NCBI GenBank assembly: GCA_964016885.1
Contig: OZ024764.1
Coordinates: forward strand, 14,570,001 to 14,634,000
Length of the DNA: 64,000 bases
Origin: Eledone cirrhosa
Lineage: Eukaryota
Direction of reading: 5' to 3'
Made by a program: the position numbers and the translations under genes. Below are positions 51,590-64,000 of the stretch, one piece after another (position 1 is the stretch's first letter; each line of letters starts with the position of its first letter). Below the pieces are notes generated by a model. The model was not told where the DNA came from, made no database searches, and saw only the letters and a program-made list of their open reading frames with translations.

Positions 51590-53260
51590 TAACACTGTGT
51601 TAACCCACACCACCTGTACATTTAACACTGTTAACCCAGACCATCTGTATATTTAACACTGTGTTAACCCACAATGCTGTACACTTGACACTGTGTTAAC
51701 CCACAATAGCTGTATATTTAACACTGTGTTAACCCACAATAGCTGTACATTTGACACTGTGTTAACCCACAATAGCTGTACATTTGACACTGTGTTAACC
51801 CACAATACCTGTACAGTTAACACTGTGTTAACCCACAATAGCTGTACAGTTGACACTGTGTTAACCCACAATAGCTGTACAGTTGACACTGTGTTAACCC
51901 ACAATAGCTGTACAGTTAACAGTGTGTTAACTCACAATAGCTGTACATTTGACACTGTGTTAACCCACAATAGCTGTACAGTTAACACTGTGTTAACCCA
52001 CAATAGCTGTACAGTTGACACTGTGTTAACCCACAATAGATGTACAGTTAACACTGTCTTAACCCACAATAGCTGTACAGTTAACACTGTGTTAACCCAC
52101 AATAGCTGTACAGTTAACACTGTCTTAACCCACAATAGCTGTACAGTTGACACTGTGTTAACCCACAATAGCTGTACAGTTAACACTGTCTTAACCCACA
52201 ATAGCTGTACAGTTGACACTGTGTTAACCCACAATAGATGTACAGTTAACACTGTCTTAACCCACAATAGCTGTACAGTTAACACTGTGTTAACCCACAA
52301 TAGCTGTACAGTTAACACTGTGTTAACCCACAATACCTGTACATTTGACCCAAAATTCTCTGTATATTTGATTCAGCGTAAACCCTGAGTGCCCTTACGT
52401 GGGAAACAACACGTTTGCCTACCATATATAAAAATGTACCACGGGTGCCTTTAGAAGAGCAAATGTGCGTGTTATCCCACACCAGGGTTTATACAAGGGA
52501 ACCAACACACATTTGCGTACCAATCATAAACATGTACCATGGATGTCTTATACATGGGAGACTGTGTGTTACCCCACACCCGAGCCTGTACAGTTGGCAC
52601 AGTGTGTTACCCCACAAATATCCTGTCTATATAACCTGTTAGCCCACACCCAAGCCTGTACAGTTGGCACAGTGTGTTACCCCACAAATGTCCTGTCTAT
52701 ATAACCTGTTAGCCCACACCCGAGCCTGTACAGTTGGCACAGTGTGTTACCCCACAAATGTCCTGTCTATATAACCTGTTAGCCCACACCCGAGCCTGTA
52801 CAGTTGGCACAGTGTGTTACCCCACAAATATCCTGTCTATATAACCTGTTAGCCCACACCCAAGCCTGTACAGTTGGCACAGTGTTACCCACTAACATCC
52901 AGTGTATATAACATGTTACCCCACAAATTTCCTGTGTATATAACATATGTTAGCCCACCCTAGCCTGTACAGTTGACAGTGTTACCCCACTAACATCCAA
53001 TGTATATAACATGTTAGCCCACACCAGAGCCTGTACAGTTGACACAGTGTGTTACCCCACTAACATCCAATGTATATAATATGTTAGCCCACACCACAGC
53101 CTGTACAGTTGATACATCTGTTACCCCACTAATGCCCTGTGTATATAACATATGTTACCCCACACCAGAGCCTATACAGTTGACATAGTGTTTCCCCACT
53201 AACGCCCTGTGTATATAACATATGTTAGCCCACACCCGAGCCTCTGTATGTCACATAACA
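51590..53260. repeat. 33-bp minisatellite and derived ~69-bp dimeric units
   Basis: acactgtgttaacccacaatagctgtacagtt x ~23 up to 52345; related dimers at 52560-53260. Confidence 0.9.
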
Positions 53261-53872
53261 TGTTAACCTAACCAAGGCTTGTCTATTTAACCACAAATTT
53301 CCTGACATTAACACCTGAACAGGTGAAACAATATATGTTGTTAGTGACACCAAGAACTGTACATACGCCCTCTCGAACATGGGCACCCCATACCTCCCAG
53401 ACACAGCCTACTCCACCCTCTCAAACATGGGCCACTCCACCCTCTCAAACACAGCCTACTCCACCCTCTCAAACATGGGCCACTCCACCCTCTCAAACAC
53501 AGCCACGCCAAACCTCCCAAATACAACATACGTAACCGGTATGTTATCCCCCCCCCCACACACACACACGCACACACACACGCACACACACATACAGTGA
53601 CACCATGACCTGTACAGGTGACACAATATCTCAGGTTCACCCCAAAACCCTAAAAATAAAAATAAAAAACCCTTGCATATTTCGCTCCTTTCCCCCCCCC
53701 CCCAAAAAAAAAACAGAAAGGAGAGCTGAGAAGATCCCACAAATGCTGACCCCTTAAATTATATATACCCCCCCCCCCCGTCTTGCCCCCCCCTCCGTCT
53801 TGCCCACTCACTCCCCACCTCCACCCCATGCTGCTATGTAACAATAACTATGTTATCAACATTAGTTTGCTA

Positions 53873-54950
53873 TTTGGTAGTATCGGCAGAGGGTCGGACG
53901 CCATGCTTTGTAGCATAGAGTTACGGCCCTTTACTTTCTAAGTTCAAGTCCCGCCGAGGTTAACTTTGCCTTTCATCCTTACGGGAGTCGATAAAATAAA
54001 GTACCAGTAATACACTGGGGTAATTGCTGGCCTTGTGCCACAAGTAGAGACAATTATTATTACCAGTAATGCACTGGGGTCAATTTAATTGACTTCCCCT
54101 CTCCCAAAAAATTATTAGCCTTGTGCAATAGAGCATAGAGTTATGGCCCTTTACGTTCTGAGTTCAAATCCTGCCGCAGTTAGCTTAGCCTTTCATCCTC
54201 AATAAAATAAAGTACCAGTAATACACTGGGGAAATTGCTGGCCTTGTGCCAAAAGTAGAAATATTATTATTATTATTATTATTATCATCAGACACCCTGC
54301 TTTGTGGCATTGAGTTACGACCCTTTACGTTCTGAGTTCAAATCCCGCCAAGGTTAGCTTTGCCTTGCATTCTTAAAGGGGGTCGATAAAATAAAGTACC
54401 AGTAATACACTGGGGTTTGATTTAATCAACTTTGCTCTCCCTCCCTCAAAAATTGTGCCTTAATCAGAAACCTTTGTTTACAAGTGCAGCTTATTAGCAG
54501 TAACCGATGAGAGCGCCGGACATGTTTTGTGGCACAGAGTTATGGCCCCTTACAGTGTGAGTTCAAATCTTGTCGAGGTTAGCTTTGCCTTTCCTCCTTA
54601 CGGGGTCGATTTAATTGACTTTCCCTGCCCCCAAAATTGCTGGCCTTGTGCTTAAATCGGGAACAATTGTGATTTACAATTCCCACTGAAGCTAGCTTTG
54701 CCTTTAGTCCTTACGAGATCCACAAAATAAAGTACCAGTAATGCACTCGGGTCGATTTAATTAACTTTCTCCTTCCCTTGTGCCTAAATAATCAGAATCC
54801 TTTATTATTTTTTTTTTTCAAAATCCCACTGAAGTTAGTTTTGCCTTTCATCCTTACAGAGGTCGATAAAATAAAATACCAGTCATGAACTGGTGTCGAT
54901 GTAATCCACTTTCTCCTTCCCTTCAAATCGCTGGCTTTCTGCCTCTCTTA
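53873..54950 (+). mobile_element. Head-to-tail cluster of tRNA-SINE copies
   Basis: Repeated gagttcaaatcc B boxes and gtcgataaaataaagtaccag cores, all in the same orientation. Confidence 0.8.
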
Positions 54951-56147
54951 GAATGAATTGTTATTGTTGTTTTTGTTGTTATATTCAAAATAAAAATAAT
55001 TTTGTTTTTATTACATTTTTCTTTTTTTTCTTTCCTTTTTATATATGTGTGTGTCTGTATATATATATATATATATATATCACTGGTAACATGTATCCCA
55101 GTACAACCTGTCTCATGGTCGGGTCGTTGGCAACTAAAGTGGCAACCCCACCAAGGTTTCTTGGTGAGGAGGGTGACTTTGGACATCCTGCAGGACTAAA
55201 AACAAAACCTGTCAAAGGGCAAAGGAGCTCTTAAGAGTCAGTGGCCATCCAAAATCACCGGGAGAGATGACCCCTTAGCCTTTGTCAAGGCAGAATTCTA
55301 GAAGAAGGAAAACTCTGATATAACACCTGCAACCCTGATGGTATCCAATGATGTTGACTTGTTCTTCTTTTTGGTAAATATCATCTTGGTTAAGAGAGTG
55401 GGACTGGCTTTGTGCAGTGCCTTTGCTCACTATAAAAGCTTCACGGCACAGGCATTGCTTTATATCTGGAGATCTCTCTGCACTTGTCATCACATGGTAC
55501 CATGGGCCCAGCACTATGTGTCAATAATTGTCACAAGTGTAGTGTTTGTACCAGAGTTTTCAAGTCGCTGGCTGGACTAAGAAGTCACACTCGTTCAGCG
55601 CATCGGTAGGCGTTCTCCTACATGGATTTAAAGTAGTGGCCGTACTCGAAAACGAGTTGGCAGCCACTCATATATATATAAATGTATATGTATATATATA
55701 TATATATAGGAAAAAGTATGACCCCGATGGCAGAGCTCAAGCCTTTTCGACGGCTATTACTGGACTCTGGTGCGTTATGGTTCATCTGGTTCCTTACCAC
55801 AATTCCTTTGTTATGTATATATATGTAGATATGTATATATATATATATGTGGGTGTATGTGTATCTGTATATAGATATATGTATATATATATGTGGGTGT
55901 ATGTGTATCTGTATATATATATATGTGTGTGTGTATATATATATGTGTGTGTGTATGTATATATTTATGTGTGTGTATGTATGATATATATATATATATT
56001 GTGTATATATATACATGTGTATATATGTATATATATGTGTGTATATGTATATTGTATATAGTGTGTGTATATGTATATATGTGTGTATATATATATATAT
56101 ATATGTGTGTATATATATATATATATGTGTGTGTATGTGTATCTATG

Positions 56148-56184
<37 letters not shown>

Positions 56185-56264
56185 ATATATATATATATGT
56201 CCAAACCCATGCAAGCGTGGAAGATGGACGTTAAACGATGATGATGATGATGTTATATGATATA

Positions 56265-56855
56265 TGGAGGCACATGGCTTAGTGGTTAGAGCATTGGCCT
56301 TGCAATCGAAAGGTTATGAGTTCAATTCTCAGACCGGGTGATGTGTTGTTTCCTTGAGCAAGACACTTTATTTCACATTGCTTCAGTTTACTCAGCTGTA
56401 GAAATGAGATGATAGGGACTGGGGTCCCTGTCATTCCACTGCAAAGTGGTCGTGGAGGTGCCACAGCAAAAAAGCACCCAGCCCACACTGTAAAGTGGTC
56501 GTGGAGGTCCCACAGCAAAAAAGCACTCAGCCCACACTGTAAAGTGGTCGTGGAGGTGCCACGGCAAAAAAGCACTCAGCCCACACTGTAAAGTGGTCGT
56601 GGAGGTGCCACGGCAAAAAAGCACTCAGCCCACACTGTAAAGTGGTCGTGGAGGTGCCACGGCAAAAAAGCACTCAGCCCACACTGTAAAGTGGTCGGGG
56701 AGGTGCCACGGCAAAAAAGCACCCAGCACTCACTGTAAATGAGGTTGGTGTTAGGAAGGGCATCCAGCTGTAGAAATCAAGCCAGAATCAGTTCCCGTCC
56801 CACCCTTGCAAGCAGGGAAAAGTGGACGTAAAATGAAATGAGGAATGATGATGAT
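56265..56855 (+). mobile_element. CORE-like tRNA-SINE with 59-bp internal tandem
   Basis: A and B boxes, tccttgagcaagacact, (GAT)n tail; related copies at 44334-44665(-), 59900-60165(+) and 60575-60960(-). Confidence 0.85.
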
Positions 56856-57084
56856 ATATATATATATCTATCATCAAACTCTGATCTTTAAAATGTGTTT
56901 TTATTTTTCTTATCTCTGATTTAATTATTTTATTTAACTATTTCTAGTCACTTATTAGTTTGTCCTTTGGCCTTGATTGGTATAAAGGTATAGAGTGTGT
57001 GAGAGAGAGAGGAATGTGTGAGAAAGAGGGGAGTATGTGTTTTAGAGAGATAATTTTGATTAAAAAAATTTAAAAACAACAGTA

Positions 57085-58425
57085 TATTGTGTACTGTGCT
57101 TAGGTGCACTCCAACTCATCAAAAGTGCATGTTTAGTACATAGACTAGTGAACAGTGTATGAGTCATGATACACATGCATGTGTGTGTATGAGGGGGGAA
57201 TATCTGGCGTAGTGTTAGCAAATTTCGGGAATCATGGAAGTTTTGAAATATTCAGTGTCTCGACAGCTAACAACTGATGTAGGTAGTTGGTTCCATGGAG
57301 GTTTTAAAGGATGCAGTGTCTCAACAGCTAACAACTGATACAGGTATTTTGTTCCATGGAGGTTTTAAAGGATGCAGTGTCTCCACAGCTAACAACTGAT
57401 GAAGGTAGTTGGTTCCATGGAGGTTTTAAAGGATGCAGTGTCTCGACAGCTAACAACTGATGGAGGTAGTTTGTTCCATGGAAGTTTTAAAGGATGCAGT
57501 GTCTCGACAGCTAACAACTGATGAAGGTAGTTTGTTCCATGGAAGTTTTAAAGGATGCAGTATCTCGACAGCTAACAACTGATGAAGGTAGTTTGATCCA
57601 TGGAAGTTTTAAAGGATGCAGTGTCTCGACAGCGAACAACTGATGCAGGTAGTTTGTTCCATGGAAGTTTTAAAGGATGCAGTGTCTCGACAGCTAACAA
57701 CTGATGCAGGTAGTTTGTTCCATGGATGTTTTAAAGGATGCAGTGTCTCGACAGCTAACAACTGATGCTGATAGTTTGTTCCATGGAGGTTTTAAAGGAT
57801 GCAGTGTCTCGACAGCTAACAACTGATGCAGATAGTTTGTTCCATGGATGTTTTAAAGGATGCAGTGTCTCGACAGCTAACAACTGATGAAGGTAGTTTG
57901 TTCCATGGAGGTTTTAAAGGATGCAGTGTCTCGACAGCTAACAACTGATGCTGGTAGTTTGTTCCATGGAGGTTTTAAAGGATGCAGTGTCTCGACAGCT
58001 AACAACTGATGCAGATAGTTTGTTCCATGGATGTTTTAAAGGATGCAGTGTCTCGACAGCTAACAACTGATGAAGGTAGTTTGTTCCATGGAGGTTTTAA
58101 AGGATGCAGTGTCTCGACAGCTAACAACTGATGCTGGTAGTTTGTTCCATGGAGGTTTTAAAGGATGCAGTGTCTCGACAGCTAACAACCGATGCAGGTA
58201 GTTTGTTCCATGGAGGTTTTAAAGGATGCAGTGTCTCGACAGCTAACAACCGATGCAGGTAGTTTGTTCCATGCTTCAACAACTCTGACCGTGAAAAAAT
58301 GTTTCCAAAAGTCATGGGGGCTGTGCTGTTTTCTGACTTTGTTGGCATGTCCACGTGTGTTAGACACACAGAATTCAAAAAGGTGCTCAATGGTTGTTGT
58401 TGGCAAGATGGTTAATAATCTTGTA
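57085..58425 (-). mobile_element. CR1/L2-group LINE 3' end with 61-bp tandem (~17x)
   Basis: Minus strand TRGHANKVRK...KHFFTVRVVEAWNKLPASVVSCRDTASFKTSM is the CR1-type ORF2 terminus; its last 61 bp are tandemly repeated at 57235-58272. Confidence 0.85.
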
Positions 58426-58429
58426 GGTG

Positions 58430-59112
58430 TTTACCAACCGTCCATATCCAGTCAGAATTCTCACCTCTTTCTGTTGAAACCAGTTATAACTGGCCACTTA
58501 TACTGACGTATTTTTCTCAAAATAAATAACATCAAAATCTCGCAGATTCAATGTTATGTGAGATATTATATGAGGAAAAAACTTTACCACAAAAATACAA
58601 TAGTATATATAGAGTAATGTAAATGTTATGTGAGATATTATGTGAGGTAAAGCCTTTACTGTGAAAATACAATAGTATATATAGAGTAATGTAAATGTTA
58701 TGTGAGATATTATGTGAGGTAAAGCCTTTAGTGTGACAATACAATAGTATATATAGAGTAATGTAAATGTTATGCGAGATATTATGTGAGGTAAAGCCTT
58801 TACTGTGAAAATACAATAGTATATATAGAGTAATGTAAATGTTATGCGAGATATTATGTGAGGTAAAGCCTTTACTGTGAAAATACAATAGTATATATAG
58901 AGTAATGTAAATGTTATGTGAGGTAAAGCCTTTACTGTGAAAATACAATAGTATATATAGAGTAATGTAAATGTTATGTGAGATATTATGTGAGGTAAAG
59001 CCTTTACTGTGAAAATACAATAGTATATATAGAGTAATGTAAATGTTATGTGAGGTAAAGCCTTTACTGTGAAAATACAATAGTATATATAATGTAAATA
59101 CTAAAGGGTTAA
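58430..59112. mobile_element. piggyBac-type MITE (left end decayed) with 72/60-bp array
   Basis: Same internal sequence as the other copies; right end CTAAAGGGTTAA. Confidence 0.8.
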
Positions 59113-59266
59113 AAACTATTGGCGAAAATAGAAAGTAGTATAAAGATTAAAATAAGAGAAAATTCACTCAAAGAAGCCACCATCAATATCCACCACAGCT
59201 TTGAGCTATAAATATGATAAAGAAAGATAAAAACAAAATTAAGTAATGAGAAAATGGGGGGACGGT

Positions 59267-59472
59267 TTAACCCTTTAGCATTTACATTACTCTATATATA
59301 CTATTGTACTTTTGTGGTAAAGGCTTTACCTCACATAATATCAAATCGACAAGATTTTGATGTTATTTATTTTGAGAACAATACCTTAATGTAAGTATGA
59401 GTGGCCAGTTACAGCTGGTTTGAACAGAAAGAGGTGAAATAGTTCTGGCTGGTGTAAATGCTAAAGGGTTAA
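59267..59472. mobile_element. Unexpanded ~200-bp piggyBac-type MITE monomer
   Basis: TTAACCCTTTAGCATTTACA ... TGTAAATGCTAAAGGGTTAA perfect TIRs; single internal unit. Confidence 0.88.
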
Positions 59473-59858
59473 AGAAGAGCAGATCTAGCTGTATGGGAAA
59501 GTAGAGGAAAGGACTATAAATGCCATAAAAAGGGGTAAAAGCAAGGATTTGTGGGCCGCAGAAGAAAGGGTGGGGTGGTCAGTGTGATGCGCTCCAGGCC
59601 TAGAGCGGGGCGGTGTTAGGGCTGCGCCTCGCTGACATGTTGGGTAAAGAAACAGAGCGATTGCTGGTCCGGCAAAGGCAGCAGTGTGTGTGGCCTTGAT
59701 AAACGCTCACAAGCAAGAAACAGATTGTCTGTCACTGTCAGTTGTTATTTGCCGAGAATAAGTAAATGACAGAGTCACTACTTTAAAACTTATAGCGAAT
59801 GGTCTTCTAAATGTTTTAATTAAACATACGGTATATTGCCAAATATTCTATACATACA

Positions 59859-59895
<37 letters not shown>

Positions 59896-60959
59896 CTCAA
59901 GGATGTGTTGTTTCCTTGAGCAAGACACTTTATTTCACATTGCTCCAGTTTACTCAGCTGTAGAAATGAGATGATAGGGACCCCAGTCCCTATCATTCCA
60001 CTGTAAAGTGGTCGTGGAGGTGCCACATCAAAAAAGCACCGAGCACTCACTGTAAATGAGGTTGGTGTTAGGAAGGGCATCCAGCTGTAGAAATCAAGCC
60101 AGAATCAGTTCCCGTCCCACCCTTGCAAGCAGGGAAAAGCGGATGTAAATTGAAATGAAAATGAAAAAATATATATATACATACATATATATAGGAAAAT
60201 GTGTGAAATCCTAACTAGGTATATTTTAAAAAAGGAAAAGAATAACTTCACTTGTAGTTCTAAACAATTAAATTTAATTTTATATTATAATTTTACAATT
60301 TGTTTTGGTTTGGTAGATCTGTTAAGCTTTTTAACTTCGATATATACTTCGATATGCTTGCTGGGCATGCAAGAAGGTGTTTTTTTTTTTTGGGGGGGGG
60401 GGGGGTTGCCTGCAGCATATCACATAAATGGATATTTCATCTGAAGATATACCAAATACAAATGCATATATTACATCTTGGATTGCATAAGGGAACCATT
60501 GAAATAATTATAATGAATAAACGATTTATGTAATATCAGCATCTTTCTTAATGTTATTCTTATATATATATATATCATCATCATCATTTTTACGTCCACT
60601 TTTCCCTGCTTGCAAGGGTGGGACGGGATCTGATTCTGGCTTGATTTCTACAGCTGGATGCCCTTCCTAACACCAACCTCATTTACAGTGAGTGCTGGGT
60701 GCTTATTTGCCATGGCACCTCCACGATCACTTTACAGTGAGTGCTGGGTGCTTTTTTGCCATGACACCTCCACGACCACTTTGCAGTGGAATGATAGGGA
60801 CCCCAGTCCCTATCATCTCATTTCTACAGCTGAGTAAACTGGAGCAATGTGAAATAAAGTGTCTTGCTGAAGGAAACAACACATCACCCGGTCTGAGAAT
60901 TGAACTCACAACCTTTCGATTGCAAGGCCAATGCTCTAACCACTAAGCTATGTGCCTCC

Positions 60960-61014
<55 letters not shown>

Positions 61015-61429
61015 TTTTAATGATTTTGTCTAAAAGAATAAAAACTAATGATAAAATAAAAATATTTAAAAAAAGGAAGTCATTCCCTACTAAGAGTGTG
61101 AGACCCTAATCCACAGTTTATTTAGCTTATATGTATGTCCAACATTGGTTGGGAGTGTTTAAGGAAGAAGGGGGAGATGGGGGAGATGGACGAGAAAGAA
61201 GAAGTGGAACAGTGGGTTTGGTGAGGTGGGGAGGGGAGGGGGAGGGGGCAGGTGGAAGAAAGATAAGAAAGAGGAGAATAAGCAAGGAAGGTAGAGATAA
61301 GTGTGGAGGGTTTGTTAACCCATGAGGTGCGGGGGGGGGGGGCGTATGAAAGATAACGGAGAAATAAAAAGACAATTGATGCGGGGTGCAACATACAGAA
61401 TTTTTTTAGATTAAGAATTGTTACAAAGG

Positions 61430-62441
61430 TCATCGCCACCACCACCACTACCATCACCACCACCATCACCACCATCACCACCACCACCACTACCATCACC
61501 ACCACCACCATCATCACTACCATCACCACCATCACCACCACCACCACTACCATCACCACCACCATCATCACCACCACCACCACTACCATCACCACCACCA
61601 TCACTACCATCACCACTACCATCACCACCACCACCATCACCACCATCACCACCATCACCACCGCCACCACCACCATCACCACCACCACCACCATCACCAC
61701 CACCACCACCACCATCACCACCACCATCACCACCACCACCACCACCACTACCATCACCACCACCACCACCATCACCACCACCACCACCACCACTACCATC
61801 ACCACCACCACCACCATCACCACCATCACCACCACCACCACTACCATCACCACCACCATCACCACCACCACCACTACCATCACCACCACCATCACTACCA
61901 TCACCACTACCATCACCACCACCATCACCACCATCACCACCATCACCACCACCACCATACCATCACCACCACCACCACCACCACCACTACCATCACCACC
62001 ACCATCACTACCATCACCACTACCATCACCACCACCATCACCACCATCACCACCATCACTACCATCACCACCATCACCACCACCACCACTACCATCACCA
62101 CCACCACCACTACCATCACCACCACCATCACCACCACCACCACTACCATCACCACCACCATCACTACCATCACCACTACCATCACCACCACCATCACCAC
62201 CACCACCACCACCACTACCATCACCACCACCATCACTACCATCACCACTACCATCACCACCACCATCACCACCACCACCACCACCACTACCATCACCATC
62301 ACCACCACCATCACTACCACCACCACTACCATCACCACCACCATCACTACCATCACCACTACCATCACCACCACCATCACCACCACCACCACCACCATCA
62401 CCACCACCACCACCACCACCACTACCATCACCACCACCACC
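61430..62441. repeat. (CAC/CAT)n trinucleotide microsatellite
   Basis: Seen directly; the complementary (GGT)n run lies at 63500-64000. Confidence 0.95.
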
Positions 62442-63052
62442 ATATATAAAACTGAGGATGTCTGTGTGTGTGTGTGTCTGTGAGTTTGAATCCCTAAAAC
62501 TCGAGAAGTACCCAACCGAACTTTTTCAAACTTTACATGTGTATTACTTATGTTTAAGGGAGTGTTATGCACATAAAAAATTCAACTTTTTGATCCCCTA
62601 GGGCCCGCATTAGGTGAAAAACTGCGTTTTTTTCAGCTTTTTAGGGTTTTTTTGAGGTGTTACGTCAGACCGATTTCCTTGACATTGTAACTATATATTA
62701 GTCAGTCTCTTCTTCATACCGTAAGCAAAGAAAATCCAACTTTTTCATGGCCTAGGGCCCGCATTAGGTGAAAAACTTCATTTTTTCAGCTTTTTGGGGC
62801 TTTTTTGAAGCATTACGTCTAGCCAATTTTCCCAAAATTTCAAGGCATATTATCCCCTAGGGCCCGCATTAGGTGAAAACCTGCATTTTTTTTGCTTCAT
62901 CGAGGAAAATCTTAAACATTATCCAGCCATCAGAGTAGTCGGTTTATTTTCTTTACATATTGTCCAGGCATGCAGTTTTTCCACGATTAGGTCTGTTGGT
63001 GGCCCGCGTTCCAAAATACCTTATCCCGTGCAACGCCGGGTACCACTGCTAG
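62442..63052 (+). mobile_element. Non-autonomous Helitron-like element
   Basis: 3' GC hairpin CCCGTGCAACGCCGGG followed by CTAG|T; internal repeats of cctagggcccgcattaggtgaaaa. Confidence 0.72.
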
Positions 63053-63451
63053 TATATATATATATATATATTATATATTATATGTTCCCTTATGTAATTT
63101 ATCTTGTGAATCTATATCTATAATATGTTTAGTGCATTGAACATTGATTATGCTGCAATAGATTAACAGATTGGTACTTAATCATCTTCATTGTGCAGGG
63201 GTGGAGGGGGGCTGACATGCGGGCGAGGGTCCTCCTTGAATGAGGTCACCAAGTTTGTACCCAACAGCCACATCGCTTCACCTCATCTCAATATATATAT
63301 ATATATATATAGGAACCAGTAAGACCCCGACGGCTGAGCTCAAGCCGTTTCGACGGCTAAATACTGGTTCCTATTACCCACTCTACTACCCCAAGTATTG
63401 AGTACTTTGGTGTGTTATGGTCCACCTGGTTCCTTACCACATTTCCTTCGT

Positions 63452-63482
<31 letters not shown>

Positions 63483-64000
63483 CACAAAAATTATAACGTT
63501 GTTGGTGGTGGTGGTGTTTGTTTTGGTGGTTTTGGTGGTGGTGGTATTGGTGGTTTTGGTGGTGGTAGGTGGTGTGCTGATGGTGGTTTTGGTAGTGGTG
63601 GTGGTGGTGGTGGTGGTTTTGGTGGTGGTAGTGGTGGTGTGGTGTATGGTTGGTGGTGGTTTTGGTGGTGGTAGTGGTGGTGTGGTGGGTAGTGGTGGTG
63701 TGTGGTGTTGGTAGTGTAGTGTGGTGGTGCTGATGGTGTTGGTAGTGGTGGTGTTGGTAGTGGTGGTGGTTTTGGTGGTGGTGGTGTTGATGGTGTGGTG
63801 GGCTGATGGTGTTGGTAGTGGTGGTGTTGGTAGTGGTGGTGGTTTTGGTGGTGGTGGTGTTGATGGTGGTGGTGGTAGTAGTGGTGGTGGTAGTGGTGAT
63901 TGTGGTGGTGGTGGTGGTGGTGTTGATGGTGGTTGTAGTGGTGGTGGTGGTGGTTTTGGTGGTGGTGGTGGTGATGGTGGTAGTGGCGGTGGTGGTGGTG

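Noticed and set aside
55080-55540. Possible coding exon or HDV-like ribozyme in unique-looking sequence (also 20200-20460)
   Set aside because: No coherent ORF or splice pair; probably old retroelement fragments, and I could not trace a nested double pseudoknot by eye.

Overview
AT-rich, microsatellite-dense animal genomic DNA. The SINE and repeat content suggests an octopod cephalopod; this is an inference. One protein-coding gene is recognisable: the 3' part of a CLIP-170/CLIP-190 (CLIP1-family) microtubule plus-end linker on the + strand. It has six phase-consistent GT-AG exons (5549-5666, 6842-7730, 9864-9913, 11504-11622, 14021-14184, 31744-31790) and ends in two CCHC zinc knuckles and the C-terminal DETF* motif. 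One exon carries ten copies of a 25-aa Pro-interrupted coiled-coil repeat. A GC-rich ~1 kb exon-like ORF at 47806-48803 is in phase with the zinc-knuckle exon and ends in a CaaX-like CIIC*, so it is a candidate alternative last exon. The introns hold many transposon remnants: tRNA-SINEs, RTE and CR1 LINE ends, TTAA piggyBac-type and TA mariner-type MITEs, Helitrons, and a Penelope-like GIY-YIG fragment. Many of these have internally amplified into tandem arrays. About ten type I hammerhead-ribozyme folds from several Penelope-like families are visible, four well-formed ones in the sense of the pre-mRNA. Most ORFs in the supplied track are microsatellite or satellite artefacts.
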